DNA of 64,000 nucleotides from Gekko japonicus. Lineage: Eukaryota. The position numbers and the translations under genes were made by a program. The stretch lies in NCBI RefSeq assembly GCF_001447785.1, contig NW_015161963.1:492885-556884 (forward strand), read 5' to 3'. Within the stretch, counting starts at the first letter, position 1. Each line of letters starts with the position of its first letter. The notes beneath the pieces were generated by a model that was given only the letters and a program-made list of their open reading frames with translations, had not been told where the DNA came from and searched no databases. Of the stretch, positions 24,182 to 37,565 are shown in pieces.

Positions 24182-25390
24182 GTGAGTGTGAATACTAATA
24201 GTTGAAATAAAAAGAGCACTGCTGGATCAGACCAAACTCCATCTAGTTCAGTATTTTGTTTCCAGCAGTTGCCAGACAGATACCCTTGGCAGTTTAATGA
24301 TGCTAGTATTCTCGTTGTTTTTCCTAGTATGTGCTATGAAGAGGTATATTGTTTCTTACCTCAGAGGTTCCATTTAGCTACTAGGGCTTCTGTTGCTAAA
24401 TGACAGTAATAGATAGCGCTGTATTAAATGAAGAAGGAAGATGGATGGATGCACAGTTTGGAAAACAGGTAGACCAAAGATTTCTTCTGCTTGTAGGGTA
24501 ACCTGCATGCTGCAACATACTGGCATTTTGCTTCCACCAACCCTATTTCTTAAAAAAAGTGGTAGTCATTCTGATACTCTGCGAAGACAGCAGGTATATG
24601 CTAGTCAGAAATTCTTAAAGCTAGCCCAAGGATATAGTAAACTGATTAAAATTTGTCCCAAAACATTCATATTATGAGCTCAGAATGAAATCATGTGAAG
24701 TTTTATAGCAGTGTAGTAATGGTTAAGAACCACTGTAGCCCATCAGCTATACCACATCAACGAATGCTAACCAATGCAATTTTTTAAAACCAACCTAAAA
24801 ACAGCACTGCAGACAATATTAATAAAGATTATATTCTTTATATACACATATATTGGCATCCCTAACATGGTGCCCACAGATACCTTTGCTGGTGCTCACC
24901 AAGTATTTTGAGAAAGTGGATATATCAGATAGGGCTTTTGCCCAGCAGGGCTTCTATTGGTCATCGGAGATCCGGCTGGCTGTGCAGATTTCTAAAAACA
25001 TTGCTTTAGCAGCAGCTGTCAGCACAGTACAAGGATCTTTACTCTAAAACAGTATGTTGAAGAGTTACTGTTAGTTATACATACACTCCCTGACATTGTA
25101 TGGTTGGCTCTGCCTTCTGTGGCAGCCATTTTGTGGTTGCACCCACTATCCTGTATCAGATTTTCCAAAGGTGCCTACAGGCTCAAAAAGTTTTGGGGCC
25201 CCTGCACTATGCTGATCTTTTATAGATAATTCAGTAAGACCCTGGTGCCTGATGCTGTTAGCTAATTCTTTAATGCTTGGTTTCGGGGCCCATAGCCAGG
25301 GGGGGGGGTTGTTCAGGGGGCAGTTAAATTGTAGTTCATTAGTTGTTGTAGATTTTCCGGGCTGCGTAGCCATGGTCTCGGCACTGTAGA

Positions 25391-25433
25391 GCCTGATGTT
25401 TCGCCAGCACCTGTGACTGGCATCTTCAGAGGC
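25391..25433 (-). ncRNA. Minimal type I hammerhead ribozyme motif in a Penelope-like repeat (~25336-25468), with stem III mutated
   Basis: GCCT-CTGAAGA-T-GCCAG(loop)CTGGC-GAAAC-ATC-AGGC. Confidence 0.65.
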
Positions 25434-25974
25434 ATAACACAGAAAGATGGAGTACTCTCTGTGTCATGGTGAGTCTTTCAAAAGCATTCCCATGAGGCTT
25501 TGAGAAACATGCAGTTAAAGGCCCTCTGAGCTGTCTTTCCCTGTGTCCCATGATGCCCCCCCCCCCAATTCCACAGTGGGAACGAGAGGGAAACCTGAGG
25601 GAAACCCACGGTGCTCTCACCCTAGGCGCTGCTAGCAGCAGGAAGTGGGGGTTTCTTCTCAAAAATAAGGTTTGGGGCATGGCTATTTGTGGGGCCACTG
25701 TAGCTATGGGCCTGCTTGGTTTGATACCTGTTTGCTGTGTGCCATTCTGTAAGGGCCTTGAAGAGAATTCTGGGATTTTATCTTCAGAGTGGATGAGTAT
25801 TATAAACCTCCTCCTCCCCAAAAAAACCCTCTCCTCCACTGACTTGTTAGATGCTGTTACAAGAGGCTGCCTAAAATTCTAAATGCTCCCTGGGGGAAAG
25901 GCAGCCTTCATCAGGTCCCAGTTAAGAATCGCTGTTATAGAACAAACCTCCTGTGCTTGTCTATCTTGTTTTAG

Positions 25975-26063
25975 GCACTACAGGAGGCCTATCGTGTCTT
26001 GAAACCAGGAGGGCGGTTTCTCTGTCTGGAATTTAGTCATGTCAACAATTCCCTGGTTTCCAG
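25975..26063 (+). CDS. COQ5: COQ5 exon 5 ([29 protein letters not shown])
   Basis: 89 nt, methyltransferase motif III VLKPGG. Confidence 0.97.
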
Positions 26064-26251
26064 GTTGGATTATATTTCCTCTCACCTTTCATTCCCTTGA
26101 ACAAATAATATTCAAATCTAGTGGCACCTTAACAACTATATTTTCCAGGGTATAAACTTTCTTGAGTAGCTTTGACTCACGAAAGCTTATGCCCTGAAAA
26201 TTTTTGTCGGTGGTAATGGCCTCAATTTTTGCTCTACTACTACAGACTTAA

Positions 26252-26551
26252 GGAGCTGCAGTGGCTCAAGTGGTTAAGATGCTGAACTGCAGGCTGGAAG
26301 GTTGGTAGTTCAGCAGTTTGAGACTCAAGTTGCCGCATGACGGAGTGAGCTCCCATCTCTGGTTCCAGCTCCTGCCAACCTAGCAGTTCGAAAGCAAGAA
26401 ATTGCAAGTAGATAAATAGGTACCATTTTGGTGGGAAGGTAACAGCATTCCGTGCACCTTGGCGTTTAGTCATGCCGGCCACATGACCACAGAAACGTCT
26501 TTGGGCAGCGCTGGCTCTTCAGCTTGGAAACGGAGAGGGAAACCTTTACCT
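26252..26551 (+). mobile_element. Sauria SINE, inserted into a Penelope-like remnant (~26115-26583)
   Basis: Typical CCAGCTCCTGCCAACCTAGCAGTTCGAAAGC...AGTAGATAAATAGGTACC body, ACCTTT tail, 14-bp TSD TACTACAGACTTAA. Confidence 0.92.
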
Positions 26552-27072
26552 TACTACAGACTTAATGCAGCTGCCCACCTTGAGCAAAACAGTGTTTGCC
26601 CAACAGAGTAAAATGTTGTAGAAGTCCTACAAAATATATTTCCATTTATTTACTTAATGCGGTTTCTGTTTTGCCCCTTCCCAAAAGTTCAGAAAAGTTA
26701 AAAACAGAACATGCACAGTAAAGTAAAAAAAAAAGGAAACTCCTTGCAGTCAATTATTGTATTCCCCTTGGGTCAGGAAGCAGGGTCTGAACGTCTCTGA
26801 GTGTGGACTCCCTGTATTCCCTGACTGTACTGGAAAAGCAGATCCCTTCTAACTATGGGGAGGGGAGATGCCAAACATAGCAAACGAAGGAAGAAGCCTT
26901 AAAATAAAGTGTTTGCGGCAGTCATGGAGAATCGTAATTCATAGTAAGGAATTTCTTTTTCTCCACTGTTTTCTTCAGGGTATTCTGGATCCTTTGGATC
27001 ATATAAAAGCATTGCCATCTCAGGGTGGACTCCTGGTTAGACCAAAAGTCTAATGTTATCTCCATAGTACCT

Positions 27073-27486
27073 TATTTATTTATTTAATTACATTTGTATC
27101 CCGCCCTCCCCGCACGCGGGCTCAGGGCGGCTTACAGACATAGATGTAAGACAACATCACAATTACAGAATTAGGGCACGCAGTGCAATAAAATACGGTT
27201 AAAACAATGTAAAACAATTAACTACAGTGGGCACTCCCAAGGATCTATCGCGACTCACATACTCGCTCCCTATTGTACATCACATTGAGTCAAAGGGGGA
27301 TGCTATGGCTCCGATGTTCAAATGGCCAGTCAGCCTAACCCAGCAGTATTGCTTTACAGTCACCCGGTGGTGGTGGCGGCGGCTCCTATTCAAAAGCCTG
27401 GCGGAAGAGCTCCGTCTTACAGGCCCTGCGGAACTGTAACAAATCCCGCAGGGCCCTGATCTCCTCTGGGAGCTCATTCCACCAGA
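27073..27486 (-). mobile_element. L2-type LINE 3' fragment
   Basis: (TAAA)n tail on the minus strand, GTAAGCCGCCCTGAG...GGGCGGGATACAAAT end, TGGTGGAATGAGCTCCC (WN.LP) motif. Confidence 0.7.
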
Positions 27487-28702
27487 TACCTTCCTTCAAG
27501 CATCATCATATTATGAACTGTTTATAAACCAAAGCATAATTCACAGCCTTGTAGAGCTCACTGAATGATTAGCTTTACTGAAGACACAGATATGGTTCCC
27601 CCTCCCCCATCAAATGAACCATAATACCCACAGGAGGCTACTTACCTGGATTCTGGTAGGCCAGTATAATGCAGACCCTAAGCCATTCAGACAAAGTAAG
27701 CTTAGATAACTTTTTAACTCTGATCTAGAGAATGACCATTGGACACTTACCGTGAGTGGTCCTTCTCTGAGGACAGGAGGACATCTGCATGGGTTATTCC
27801 CACCGTGCTAGTCATAAGCAGGTCTGCTCAGAATCCTACTGAGTTCCATTTAATGGTGCTTAGTCCCATGAAAGTGTTTGTAGGATGTTACTGCTAGTCT
27901 CTTGGAACAGACTGTTAGTCATCCCATCCAAAAAAACCCCAACAAACTTCTAGTACTGATTGTTTTTGATTAACTAGATTGGGGCTTCTAAATATGCTTT
28001 CAGTGACCTGGAGAAAACAGACTTTTTCTTGGGCATTAAGCTGACTTTGGCCAGAGAACCACCTTGCCCATGAAGAAAATTCACTAATTCTAGTTTAGAA
28101 GAAAACCATTCCAGCACCAAGAGAACTTTGGTAATGGCAATGGTTATCATAACAAATGATTCTTTTAGAAGGCAGGATGTTTACGGGAACTTTAAGAATG
28201 CTCCTTGTCAGGGCTAGTTCAGTTCCAAGTAAAAAATTTGTACTCTGCAGCAAGGTCAAGTCAACCTATTTTATGAATTTGGACATAAAGGGGTTGGAAA
28301 TAGCCCTTTTACCCTGATACCACAGTATACTATTTAAGGCAGCCACTTGCAGCTTCTGGAATACATGTTTATTTAGTGATCAGTCTGTTTCATCTAGCAT
28401 CAGTCAGCTGTCCTGGATGTTTAAATTGTCCTTGTGATCTTTTACGGACAGATGTCTTTCTACCCAGTACAACAGGTTAAATAAATTCTTAAGAAGGGGA
28501 AAAGTACTCTATAGTGATTCAGATATATCTTAAGAGTTGAGAAAGAATGAGACAGCCCTAACCACAAATGTACACCTGCTTGCCTTGTAGCTTGAATTTG
28601 AGGCACTGGTGTTTGGTTAAGAGGTTCAAACATTTTGAAATTATAATAATCAGACTCATGTAGGGAATAGAAGTACTTACATTAACCTACATTTATTTTC
28701 AG

Positions 28703-28814
28703 TCTCTATGATCTGTATAGCTTCCAAGTTATCCCCGTGCTGGGTGAGGTGATTGCTGGTGACTGGAAAGCCTACCAGTACCTTGTAGAAAGCATCAGGT
28801 GTTTTCTGACCCAG
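28703..28814 (+). CDS. COQ5: COQ5 exon 6 ([37 protein letters not shown])
   Basis: 112 nt, AG acceptor and GTAAG donor, protein match. Confidence 0.97.
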
Positions 28815-28897
28815 GTAAGAAAGTACTTTATTGCCTCCCAGATAAGAAAGTCAGGAATTCATATATGATAATTTAAAACTCCACTGCTGCATTTCAG

Positions 28898-28999
28898 GAG
28901 GAACTGAAGGAGCTAATGGAAGATGTGGGCTTCCTGAAGGTGGAATATCGCAACCTGGGTTCAGGCATTGTGGCCATTCACTCTGGCTTCAAGCTGTGA
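28898..28999 (+). CDS. COQ5: COQ5 exon 7, last coding exon ([12 protein letters not shown]...[11 protein letters not shown])
   Basis: 102 nt ending TGA. The seven exons total 957 nt, i.e. 318 aa plus stop. Confidence 0.97.
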   Translation, partial: EELKELMEDVGFLKVEYRNLGSGIVAIHSGFKL

Positions 29000-29846
29000 C
29001 CGTCAGGAAAAGCATTTCCTGATAGAAGATACAAGTGTCATCAAAACAGATTCATGGAAATTAATCTCTTTGAAGAATCAATATTTAAAGTCTGAGTTTT
29101 TTGGGTGCATTTTTTGAAGAAAAGTCAGCTGTACATATTTAAGGCATCTCTCTTCATCCTGTCCAGTAATGACACAATGACTTGCATTACTTACTTGAAC
29201 CAGGGGCTTAATGTTTTTATATCTTTTTTAACCAATTTATAGCACAAAATATTACAAGCCCTGGTTTGTCAGTTCTTCAATCATGTGAAACTGCCTTTAG
29301 TCTAACAGGTGGAGAATGAGATAAAATTAGTGCTCAAATGAAAGGTCTGGATTTCCTGAACCTATGTAGCTCTGGTGTAGTGTGCTGACAGACGTCCCTT
29401 GTAAGGTTGTGGAAGAAAAAGGCACTCCCATCTTGCCTGCTACTCCACAGTAAGTTGTCCCCATTCACTGGAGAACTAGGAGGTTCCAGAGGTGTTCCAC
29501 TGCTGAATGTGGAGTCAGTGGTAGTGAAGAGGCAGCTACAGCTCTTGCGTGTTTCATAGGAATACAGAAAACAGTGTATTGGGTACAGAATTCTTCATCA
29601 GAAAAGTGGACAGCTAATGTTGACTGAACAGGAATTCTTGTGGTTTACAGCAGGGCTTCAACCCCTTTGCCCAGAATTAGCAAAACTAGAATTATGCAAT
29701 ATCAACTTTTTCTTGTTGTGCAGTTTCAGTATAATAACAGAACCACTGTGGAATCCTCGATGGCATAGCTGGTGTACAACCACTTTAGGTGGGATAAAAG
29801 GGCTTTTTATAACGCCCATTAAATCTTTCAAAGCCACAAATATTGA

Positions 29847-29852
29847 AATAAA
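29847..29852 (+). terminator. Candidate COQ5 polyadenylation signal AATAAA
   Basis: AATAAA downstream of the stop, followed by T/GT-rich sequence. Another lies near 30110. Confidence 0.45.
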
Positions 29853-31644
29853 ACTGAAATATTTCATTTTTAGAAGCTGTGTTTCTTTTTCTATTAAATG
29901 ATTCAGTACAGCAAGTAGAAAGAAAGATATTTGTGCAGTTTGGCACATAGAAGCTATCACTGGGAACGTTTAAAGATACGGTCTCAGAGCTCTTAAAACA
30001 TGTATTTTTACTCCCCCCCCCCCCAGAGTCAATTGGTCTTTCAGTGTGGATGGATTCTTTCCATTATGCATATGAGGACTCCCATACTAATTTAGTTTGG
30101 TAAAGAGGAAATAAAATCTGAACGTATACATAGAACAGGTAAGTCTCATCTACATTGCTAAGTGTGCCGGAAGGTAATTTCACATACAAACAGACGTTTT
30201 CCAGGCAGTAGGGCATTATCTATACAAACTTAAAATTTTGCATCAGTTTAACATTGCACAGACAACAACACTACCTCCTTAACACAAACTAGTTTGCAGC
30301 ACCAAATTGCTGACAAATCCATGAAAGATTGTTAGGATGGATCCTGCAGTCTTTCAAGGAAAGGCACTGCTATTCCCTGCTTTCTACCCCCACTCCATTC
30401 CAGTCACAGGAAATTTGTTCTTGGGGGTAAGAGGACCCGGATGGAATAGCCATGTATGTATGAGAAGCATGTAATTAACTCCCTCTTGCATGAACAGAGC
30501 TCTACCTCTCCCCACTGTAGCCTCTCAACCCATGTGGCTATTTGGTACTGGTCCTTCAGCCCCAAGCATAAAGTTTCCAGGGACTAAAAAAGGGCAGGGG
30601 AATGGAAAGCCAGGAACATCAATATTCCTATGGCTTGTTATTTCCATATGCATATGAATTCAGACAACTTCTGTATTTAACATGCAGCTGCTGCACAATG
30701 GAATCTGAAAAGAATTTTCTGTCAGTCTATGTAGTCAGTACAGTCCTGTGCACATGCTGGGAAACAGCCATTGAACACATGTATCAGAGCTATGCAGCCA
30801 TCAGCGTACTTTAAAATTTATTTTCAAGTCAGCATGGTTACAGATAGGGTGTCTGTCTAAAGACCTAGTACAGGATATGGAATTCAGGATCCAATAAGCT
30901 CAGGAGTCAACAGCTTGCAAAGCTGGACCACCAGCTAAAAGCATTCATGTCTCCCTATTTGTGAAGAGACACCAGGATCCTTGTTATACCCAGGTTTGGA
31001 AGAGGGAGAGGAAAATCACCTAGTTCCTTGTGGTATACTGGGACCTGCAGCACAAATCTTTGCAGATGGCACTTTAAAAAACACACTGTTGTAGTTACCT
31101 TGGAAAATCAGTGGCTGATCCAGTCACCAAGGCTGGCAACCAACATACCAGCAGACACAAAAAATTGCATGTACATTACTCAAGAGGCACACCTTTGGTG
31201 GGAGGCCTTATTTAAAGCTGATATTTCAGCTGGCCAGGATAACAGGAATGAAGAAAAGTCAGGACTGCACTTTATTCCATCCCTTGTTTTCACGCCACTG
31301 AGATGCTGGTTTAGCAAACCAGCAGGCCAAGCCCAAAGAAATTAACTACTGTTGGATCTACAGCAAACCCAGTGAAGAAATGTGTGCACAAACTCCTGTT
31401 TGCAGCTCATACCTTCCCCTTTATTTGAGATTAGTATCTATACCTCCATGAAATGAAATGTGGGCCAGAACAACGAAGACACCTGGCCACCCCATGAAAT
31501 TCCAGTATTTGGTAGGTAAAAGCAATAGCTCAGCAACAAGCGCAGGACAAATACAGCTAAAGCTGTTAAATCTGGAGATACAGAAGCTAATGGAAACGTG
31601 AGATGGGCTCTTAATTCTGAAAGGCTGAGTGCACGGCCAATCAT

Positions 31645-31650
31645 TTTATT
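31645..31650 (-). terminator. Candidate DYNLL1 polyadenylation signal AATAAA
   Basis: About 225 nt past the stop codon on the minus strand. A second lies at 31420-31425. Confidence 0.6.
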
Positions 31651-31874
31651 AGAAAAGGAACTTTAAAAAAAAGAAAATACAAGATTATTTTTTGCTATTT
31701 TTTATGGCCACAACAAAAACACAAATTGGTACAGAAGAGTACCTGTCCATTAAAACAACAAAAGGCTTGAAGATCAAGATATGTTCCCTGGGGAAGGCTG
31801 AAGACTTCAGTCTATTTGGAATTAGTGCGCAGTCTTGTAATCAAACGCATGTTTGGGTGGAACGATCCCATGTT

Positions 31875-32075
<201 letters not shown>

Positions 32076-33423
32076 CTAAACATTTCAACTGCAAAAGTTT
32101 ACTGCATTTTAACCTTTTGAAATGTATTTTAACACAGTGTAATCACCACTTTTGTTCTTCCTGTATACTAAGAAATTAAAAGACTGCACCCACAAGGTTC
32201 ATATAGTTCAGCATCCTCACAGTAACCAGTCGGATGCTTTCAGGAATCCAACAGGCAGTGTGTAAAGATAACCACCTTTCCTGTTGCTGCCTCCCAGCAA
32301 CACCGCATCTGATTATCTTCATTCAGCCATCAAGACTAACAAGTGTTAATAGGCATATAATCAGTTTGCCTCATGTTTTAAAGCCATGCAAGATGGTGGC
32401 AATCACATCTTGCAGCAGTGGCCAGACTTTGCACATGGGCAGTAATAGAATACCACTAGTAGTATAGTACTTGTCTATGTAAAATCTGGATTCTTTTTTA
32501 GAGTAGGCAATCATTAAGGATCTACAAAAATAAAATGACTGGTGTAACACTTTAGCCATGGCCACAAAAAATATTATGGAAATTTTGCAATGAGAATATA
32601 GAGAGGCTCTTGTGAACCAAGACTGATTGTCCATTTTTGAAGGTTTAGGGACTACACCATGTAAATTAATAGAATGCAAAAGCATTAAGAATTTAGGCTT
32701 GGCTGAGCTGCTTTCTGAAAGAGGAGAAAAATATCCCTTGTACTGCTTCAGATGCTATTGTTGCAAGAACATTTATTATGATAAAATATGACCACTGATG
32801 CACTGAAGCTGAATATTCCGAACCGAGATTTGGAGTGGCTTACATTCAACATACTTCCAGAACCAGGACATATCAAAACTCACACAAACAGCTTTTCATA
32901 AGTCTTACTGCAGCCAAACTTTAAGCCCTGTGCTAGTCTGAGACTAGTATAACCAGCTTTTAGTCAGTCATGTGTCTCACTGCTAGAACAGCAATCGGTT
33001 CCTCAAGTCACCAACATTGTTGAAATAACCTCAGTATGCTTCTACAGTTATAAAAACACACTAAATTTGTAGTGTGTCCACCTCCTCCCCACACATTTCC
33101 AGTCCTCATGGAAATGTAGCTATGTGTCTTCACACTGACTGACTTCAATTAGTATAGCCCTACCACTTGTGATACAGGGCTTGAATCATCTCATTAGCTA
33201 TACTAAACTACAGATGCTTAGCTAACATTCTAGGAGTCACTCAAAAAGACACACATGCCCAGGCTACAGAAATTATTTTCAGGCAAACCAGAGCACTTTT
33301 AAGTCTCTCAAAACATACCATCTTTACAAATTAAGATATATGTAGGCCTATTCCTATGTATTTAGTTAGAAATGGGTTTCTAAGGAATCTTATGCAGAGT
33401 TACTTCAGCTACCCTGGGCTTCA

Positions 33424-33681
<258 letters not shown>

Positions 33682-35269
33682 CTACAAAGAACAGACAAGA
33701 ATGAGAACTAGCTGGTGCTAGCAGGACTATCCACCCTGCAAGCATTTTTTTTAAAAAACCTTGAATTTCCAAAAGATCTCTAGTTCTTTAGATATTGAAT
33801 ACCATGCATACCAAAATTTGATCTAGTTATTGTAGTTGGTAACATATGAAGATGTAAAACAAAATATTCTGAAGTGCTTATAAATTTTGAAGAGCTCAGA
33901 AAGCTTATTTTATTTCCTTCCATACTGTAAAGCACTTAGAATCTCTCTTGGCACAATAAACCAACACCTGAACCAGAGTACATATGACATGCAAATTTGA
34001 ATGTCTGCTATACTCGCTCAGATTTCAGCAATTCAGTAATCCTAGTCCTAGTACATTGCTCATTTAAAGTCTCTTCATACTGATTTTATCAGCCTACGGT
34101 GTGCCTATCAAATGTCTCTATGCATGGACTGTTAAGAATTTACACTGTGTAATCTGCTTTGTCTCTCTCCAAGGAGGACTATAAACACAGTAAAAATAGG
34201 ATACCTGAGGAAGTTTACAACTACTTAGATTAAAAGTTTGCATGAAATATAGAATCAGAAACACCTTTATGCACAGTAGAAGAGAGCAGAACTCAGCAAC
34301 TCACCACTTCTAATTCCCGACATCAGCTTCTGTTGTGCTTGTCTGTCAACCACTGCAAACCTTAAAAAAACTAAGCCCATAATGCCATATACTCTTCTCA
34401 CATTAACCCTTAACTCACAACTACTACCCCCCTACACTCACACACAAGGATTCACAAGATTTCACATTCATTATTTACCTTCCTCAACACCGCATGCAGT
34501 GTGTCCTCTCCAAAAAGTTTAACATTTTTCATGGGGAAAACTCTTGCACACAACCCCTATTCCTTTTTGCCTTCCATTACAACAGACATTTGGGCAGAAA
34601 GTTCTTTACAGTTAATTCCTTCCCACACATGTCCCCCAAACCCAGCCACCCAGCATTATATTCACCCCCTCCCACTCGTTTTGTGTTTGTGAACTGCACT
34701 GATAAACTAAAAAAACCCACAACTGTACATGAATCAGCACATTTCCTTTCCTTATTACAATATCAAATATATTTCCATCCCTAAACAGTCGAAAGTGATG
34801 CTATGATCCATGTTGTACAGGACAAGTTTTACATCACTGTAAGATGTAGATAGGTCCTTTTAAACTTGACTGATAGCACTTAGCACATTACACATACCGC
34901 CTTCCCCCTTTCCTACCACAACATGAGGCACACCAGAATTCCATCAACCTTTACCTGTCCCTGGTTTACATACGACGCCTAAGAAACACCTTCTTTGTAG
35001 AGGGTCTTGTATAATTAGCAGAGTAACAAGAACGCTATTGCCCACGCCTTAGTCACATTTACACGCAGAAGACTCCAGAGGCAGACCCTGGTACATTCTG
35101 TTAAAATGAATCCAGGCAGCAGGAAAGCCCCTCCTGCGGCCGAAACCCTTGGAGAGCAGCCGCTGCCAGTCAGACGATGCAATCGTGGGTTAGATAGACG
35201 AAGGGGGCCTGAGTCAGCACGAGGCCGCTGCTTCTGCTCGCTTGTGTGCTGCCACTTTAAGGTCCTCCA

Positions 35270-35362
35270 TCTGCCTCGCTTTCCAAGAACACCCACTCCC
35301 CAAACACACCCACGGCTGCCTCGCTTTCCAAGAACACCCACTCCTCCCCAAACACACCCACA
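35270..35362. repeat. Tandem duplication, ~46 bp x2
   Basis: CTGCCTCGCTTTCCAAGAACACCCACTCC...CAAACACACCCAC occurs twice. Confidence 0.85.
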
Positions 35363-35721
35363 GTCAAGGCAGTTGCGCCTTCTTTAATCGTTGCTTCCCC
35401 CTGCTGTTCCTCAGCTGTACCTCGTTCTTTTAGAAATTTGAAGCCGCTTTCTATTTCTGAATATGTATAACATGTAACACAATGCCATTTAAGCAAACGC
35501 TTTTCGTGCTTGCTCTTTAGGAGACTTTTTTAAAAGCACAAAATACGGCGTTGAGCACAATGGTCCATGCAATCGCGCCCGCTCGTCGTTTCCTCAAGTG
35601 CGCTATTAAGCATGAAAAGCAACCTCCCCCCAGCTGCGTAACCTCACGAGGCACGGAACTTTCAAGATGAACCCCCCCCCTTTCCTCCGAGCGTTACCGC
35701 GGAGACAGCCGCATCCCTCAC

Positions 35722-35990
35722 CGTGTGCTGCTGGGCTGCTTCAGAGGACTGCGGGAAGGGATGTTGGTGGAGCGAACGGGCAGGTTGGCAACTCCGCGTT
35801 CCTCCGGCTCCCCGTCGCGTAACGAACTGAGGAGGCGCGCGCGGACACCCGCCCTACACTCCCTCGCCCGCGACAAGCTCTGCCAACCGGGCCACGCCCT
35901 CTCGCCTCCGCTGCCGGCGCCACGCCCACTCCTTCCCCGGCAACAGTCATTGGCTACGACAACAATACTCCTTGCAGCCTATTGGCTCTT
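35722..35990 (-). promoter_or_regulatory. DYNLL1 non-coding exon 1 (~35828-35722, CG|GTGAGG donor) and promoter with Inr-like TCAGTT, GC boxes and two CCAAT boxes 32 bp apart (35949-35953, 35981-35985)
   Basis: CpG island; motifs read directly. TSS position is inferred. Confidence 0.65.
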
Positions 35991-36423
35991 CTCTCTCCGC
36001 CTCCCGTAGAGTTTTATTGTTGCATTTTATTGCAGTCCAGCATGCACCGCAACGGCGTCCGTTGCTATGGTTGGAAGGGGCTGGGCGGGAGACTTCCTGA
36101 GGGCTTGGGAGGGATGCTGAGCTTCGAAATATTTCCGGTTTGGTTGGAGGTTGGCGGGTGTTTATGCGGTACCTACAGAATGTACCAGGGTCGGCCCAAG
36201 AGAAAATTTGCGTCCTTTTAAATCTCACGAAAGGTTTTATACCGTGTATAAAACTTCGTTGGTCTAAAAGGAGCCACTGGACTCGAATTTTGTTTTTTAA
36301 ATTTCAGGATCCGTAGGCAAGTGCCGAGTAGTACTTTTATAAATAACATTTTTACCCTGCCTTCACGGAGCTCAGGCTTTACCCAACCTATTTTACAGTC
36401 AAAACCACCTTGTGAGTAAAAAG

Positions 36424-36628
36424 ATTGGTTGTTGTAGATTTTCCAGGCTGTATGACTGTGGTCTTGGCATTGACACAGAGAGTACTCCCATCAAGAATTG
36501 ACACAGAGAGTACGCCATCTTTCTGTGTTATACCTCTGAGGATGCCAGTCACCAGCTGCTGGCGAAACGTCAGGTCCTACAATGCCAAGACCACGGCCAT
36601 ACAGCCTGGAAAATCTACAACAACCAAT
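36424..36628 (+). mobile_element. Penelope-like pseudo-LTR fragment with an inverted partial copy (49-bp arms 36424-36472 and 36580-36628)
   Basis: Inverted arms seen directly, hammerhead core inside, second copy at ~25336-25468. Confidence 0.75.
36532..36575 (+). ncRNA. Minimal type I hammerhead ribozyme motif (dimer type), predicted cleavage after C36571
   Basis: ACCT-CTGAGGA-T-GCCAG(TCACCAGCTG)CTGGC-GAAAC-GTC-AGGT: stem I 4 bp, stem II 5 bp, loopless palindromic stem III (ACGT), GUC triplet. Confidence 0.78.
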
Positions 36629-37015
36629 GAATTCCGGAGGTAAAAGACTTCACATAAAAAACTTTTTTAAAAAAACCCTAACCCCTACCAGCAGAGAAGG
36701 GATACACAGAATTCCCCAAGTCCAATTCAAACTTTATAACTAGTATAGTAAGCTAGCAGTGCCTCCTAAACAGAATGACACCTTAATCTTTCAATTGAGT
36801 TAGAAGGGTATCACTCTGCTTTGAAATGTACTGTAAACTTCCAAGTAAGTGCAGTCACTATGTGAAGAGTAGTTCCTATAGCTGCTTTGGATGCTGGTAT
36901 CCTGCATCTTCCACTGTGCGTAGGGTGGTGGTGGTGGTGGACTTATGCAGTGAACCTACTGCAGAGAAGGAGCACAAGTTGCTCTGCTGGGCCTCTGGAA
37001 GATATGCACATGCAC

Positions 37016-37221
37016 CAATGTTCCCTCTAAGCTGTGGAGTCCCGTGAGCAAAAATTCCACTTTGTGAGCTACTGGCATTAAAGTTCTGAGCAAGTGATTT
37101 AGCTACTGCATCAATTAGTTTGCTCTGGAGCCATCCTTCCTGAGCTAAAACAAAAATGTGTGATCTGGAGGCTAAAAAACTGTGAGCTAGCTCACACTAA
37201 CTCAGCTTAGAGGGAACACTG
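37016..37221. mobile_element. hAT MITE (CAGTGTTCCCTCTAAGCTG family)
   Basis: 19-bp TIRs, perfect 8-bp TSD ACATGCAC. Confidence 0.92.
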
Positions 37222-37565
37222 ACATGCACTCGTGTGCAGTCTCATTGAACAACTGAAAAATGGTGCTAGCAATCTCCATCAACCTTTCATTAAACATCAG
37301 AGTTCCAGATAGTGGTGTAGTTGATACTTTTTTCATTCACAAATGGGCTGCTTTGGAAGAACAGAGATAACAGCTCAGCAATAATGGCTTTATGGAATTA
37401 CTTTTCCCCCCTCACTGTATTGATTCCACATGGAATGCTATGGCTTTTTTGTATCATGGAATTATGTAGAGCCTCCTTTTTTCCTCGTAGTGAATCCTAC
37501 ACTTGAAAGACTCATGACAGAAATAACCCTCTGCCTTAATCACCCCCACCATTACCTGACCCAGT

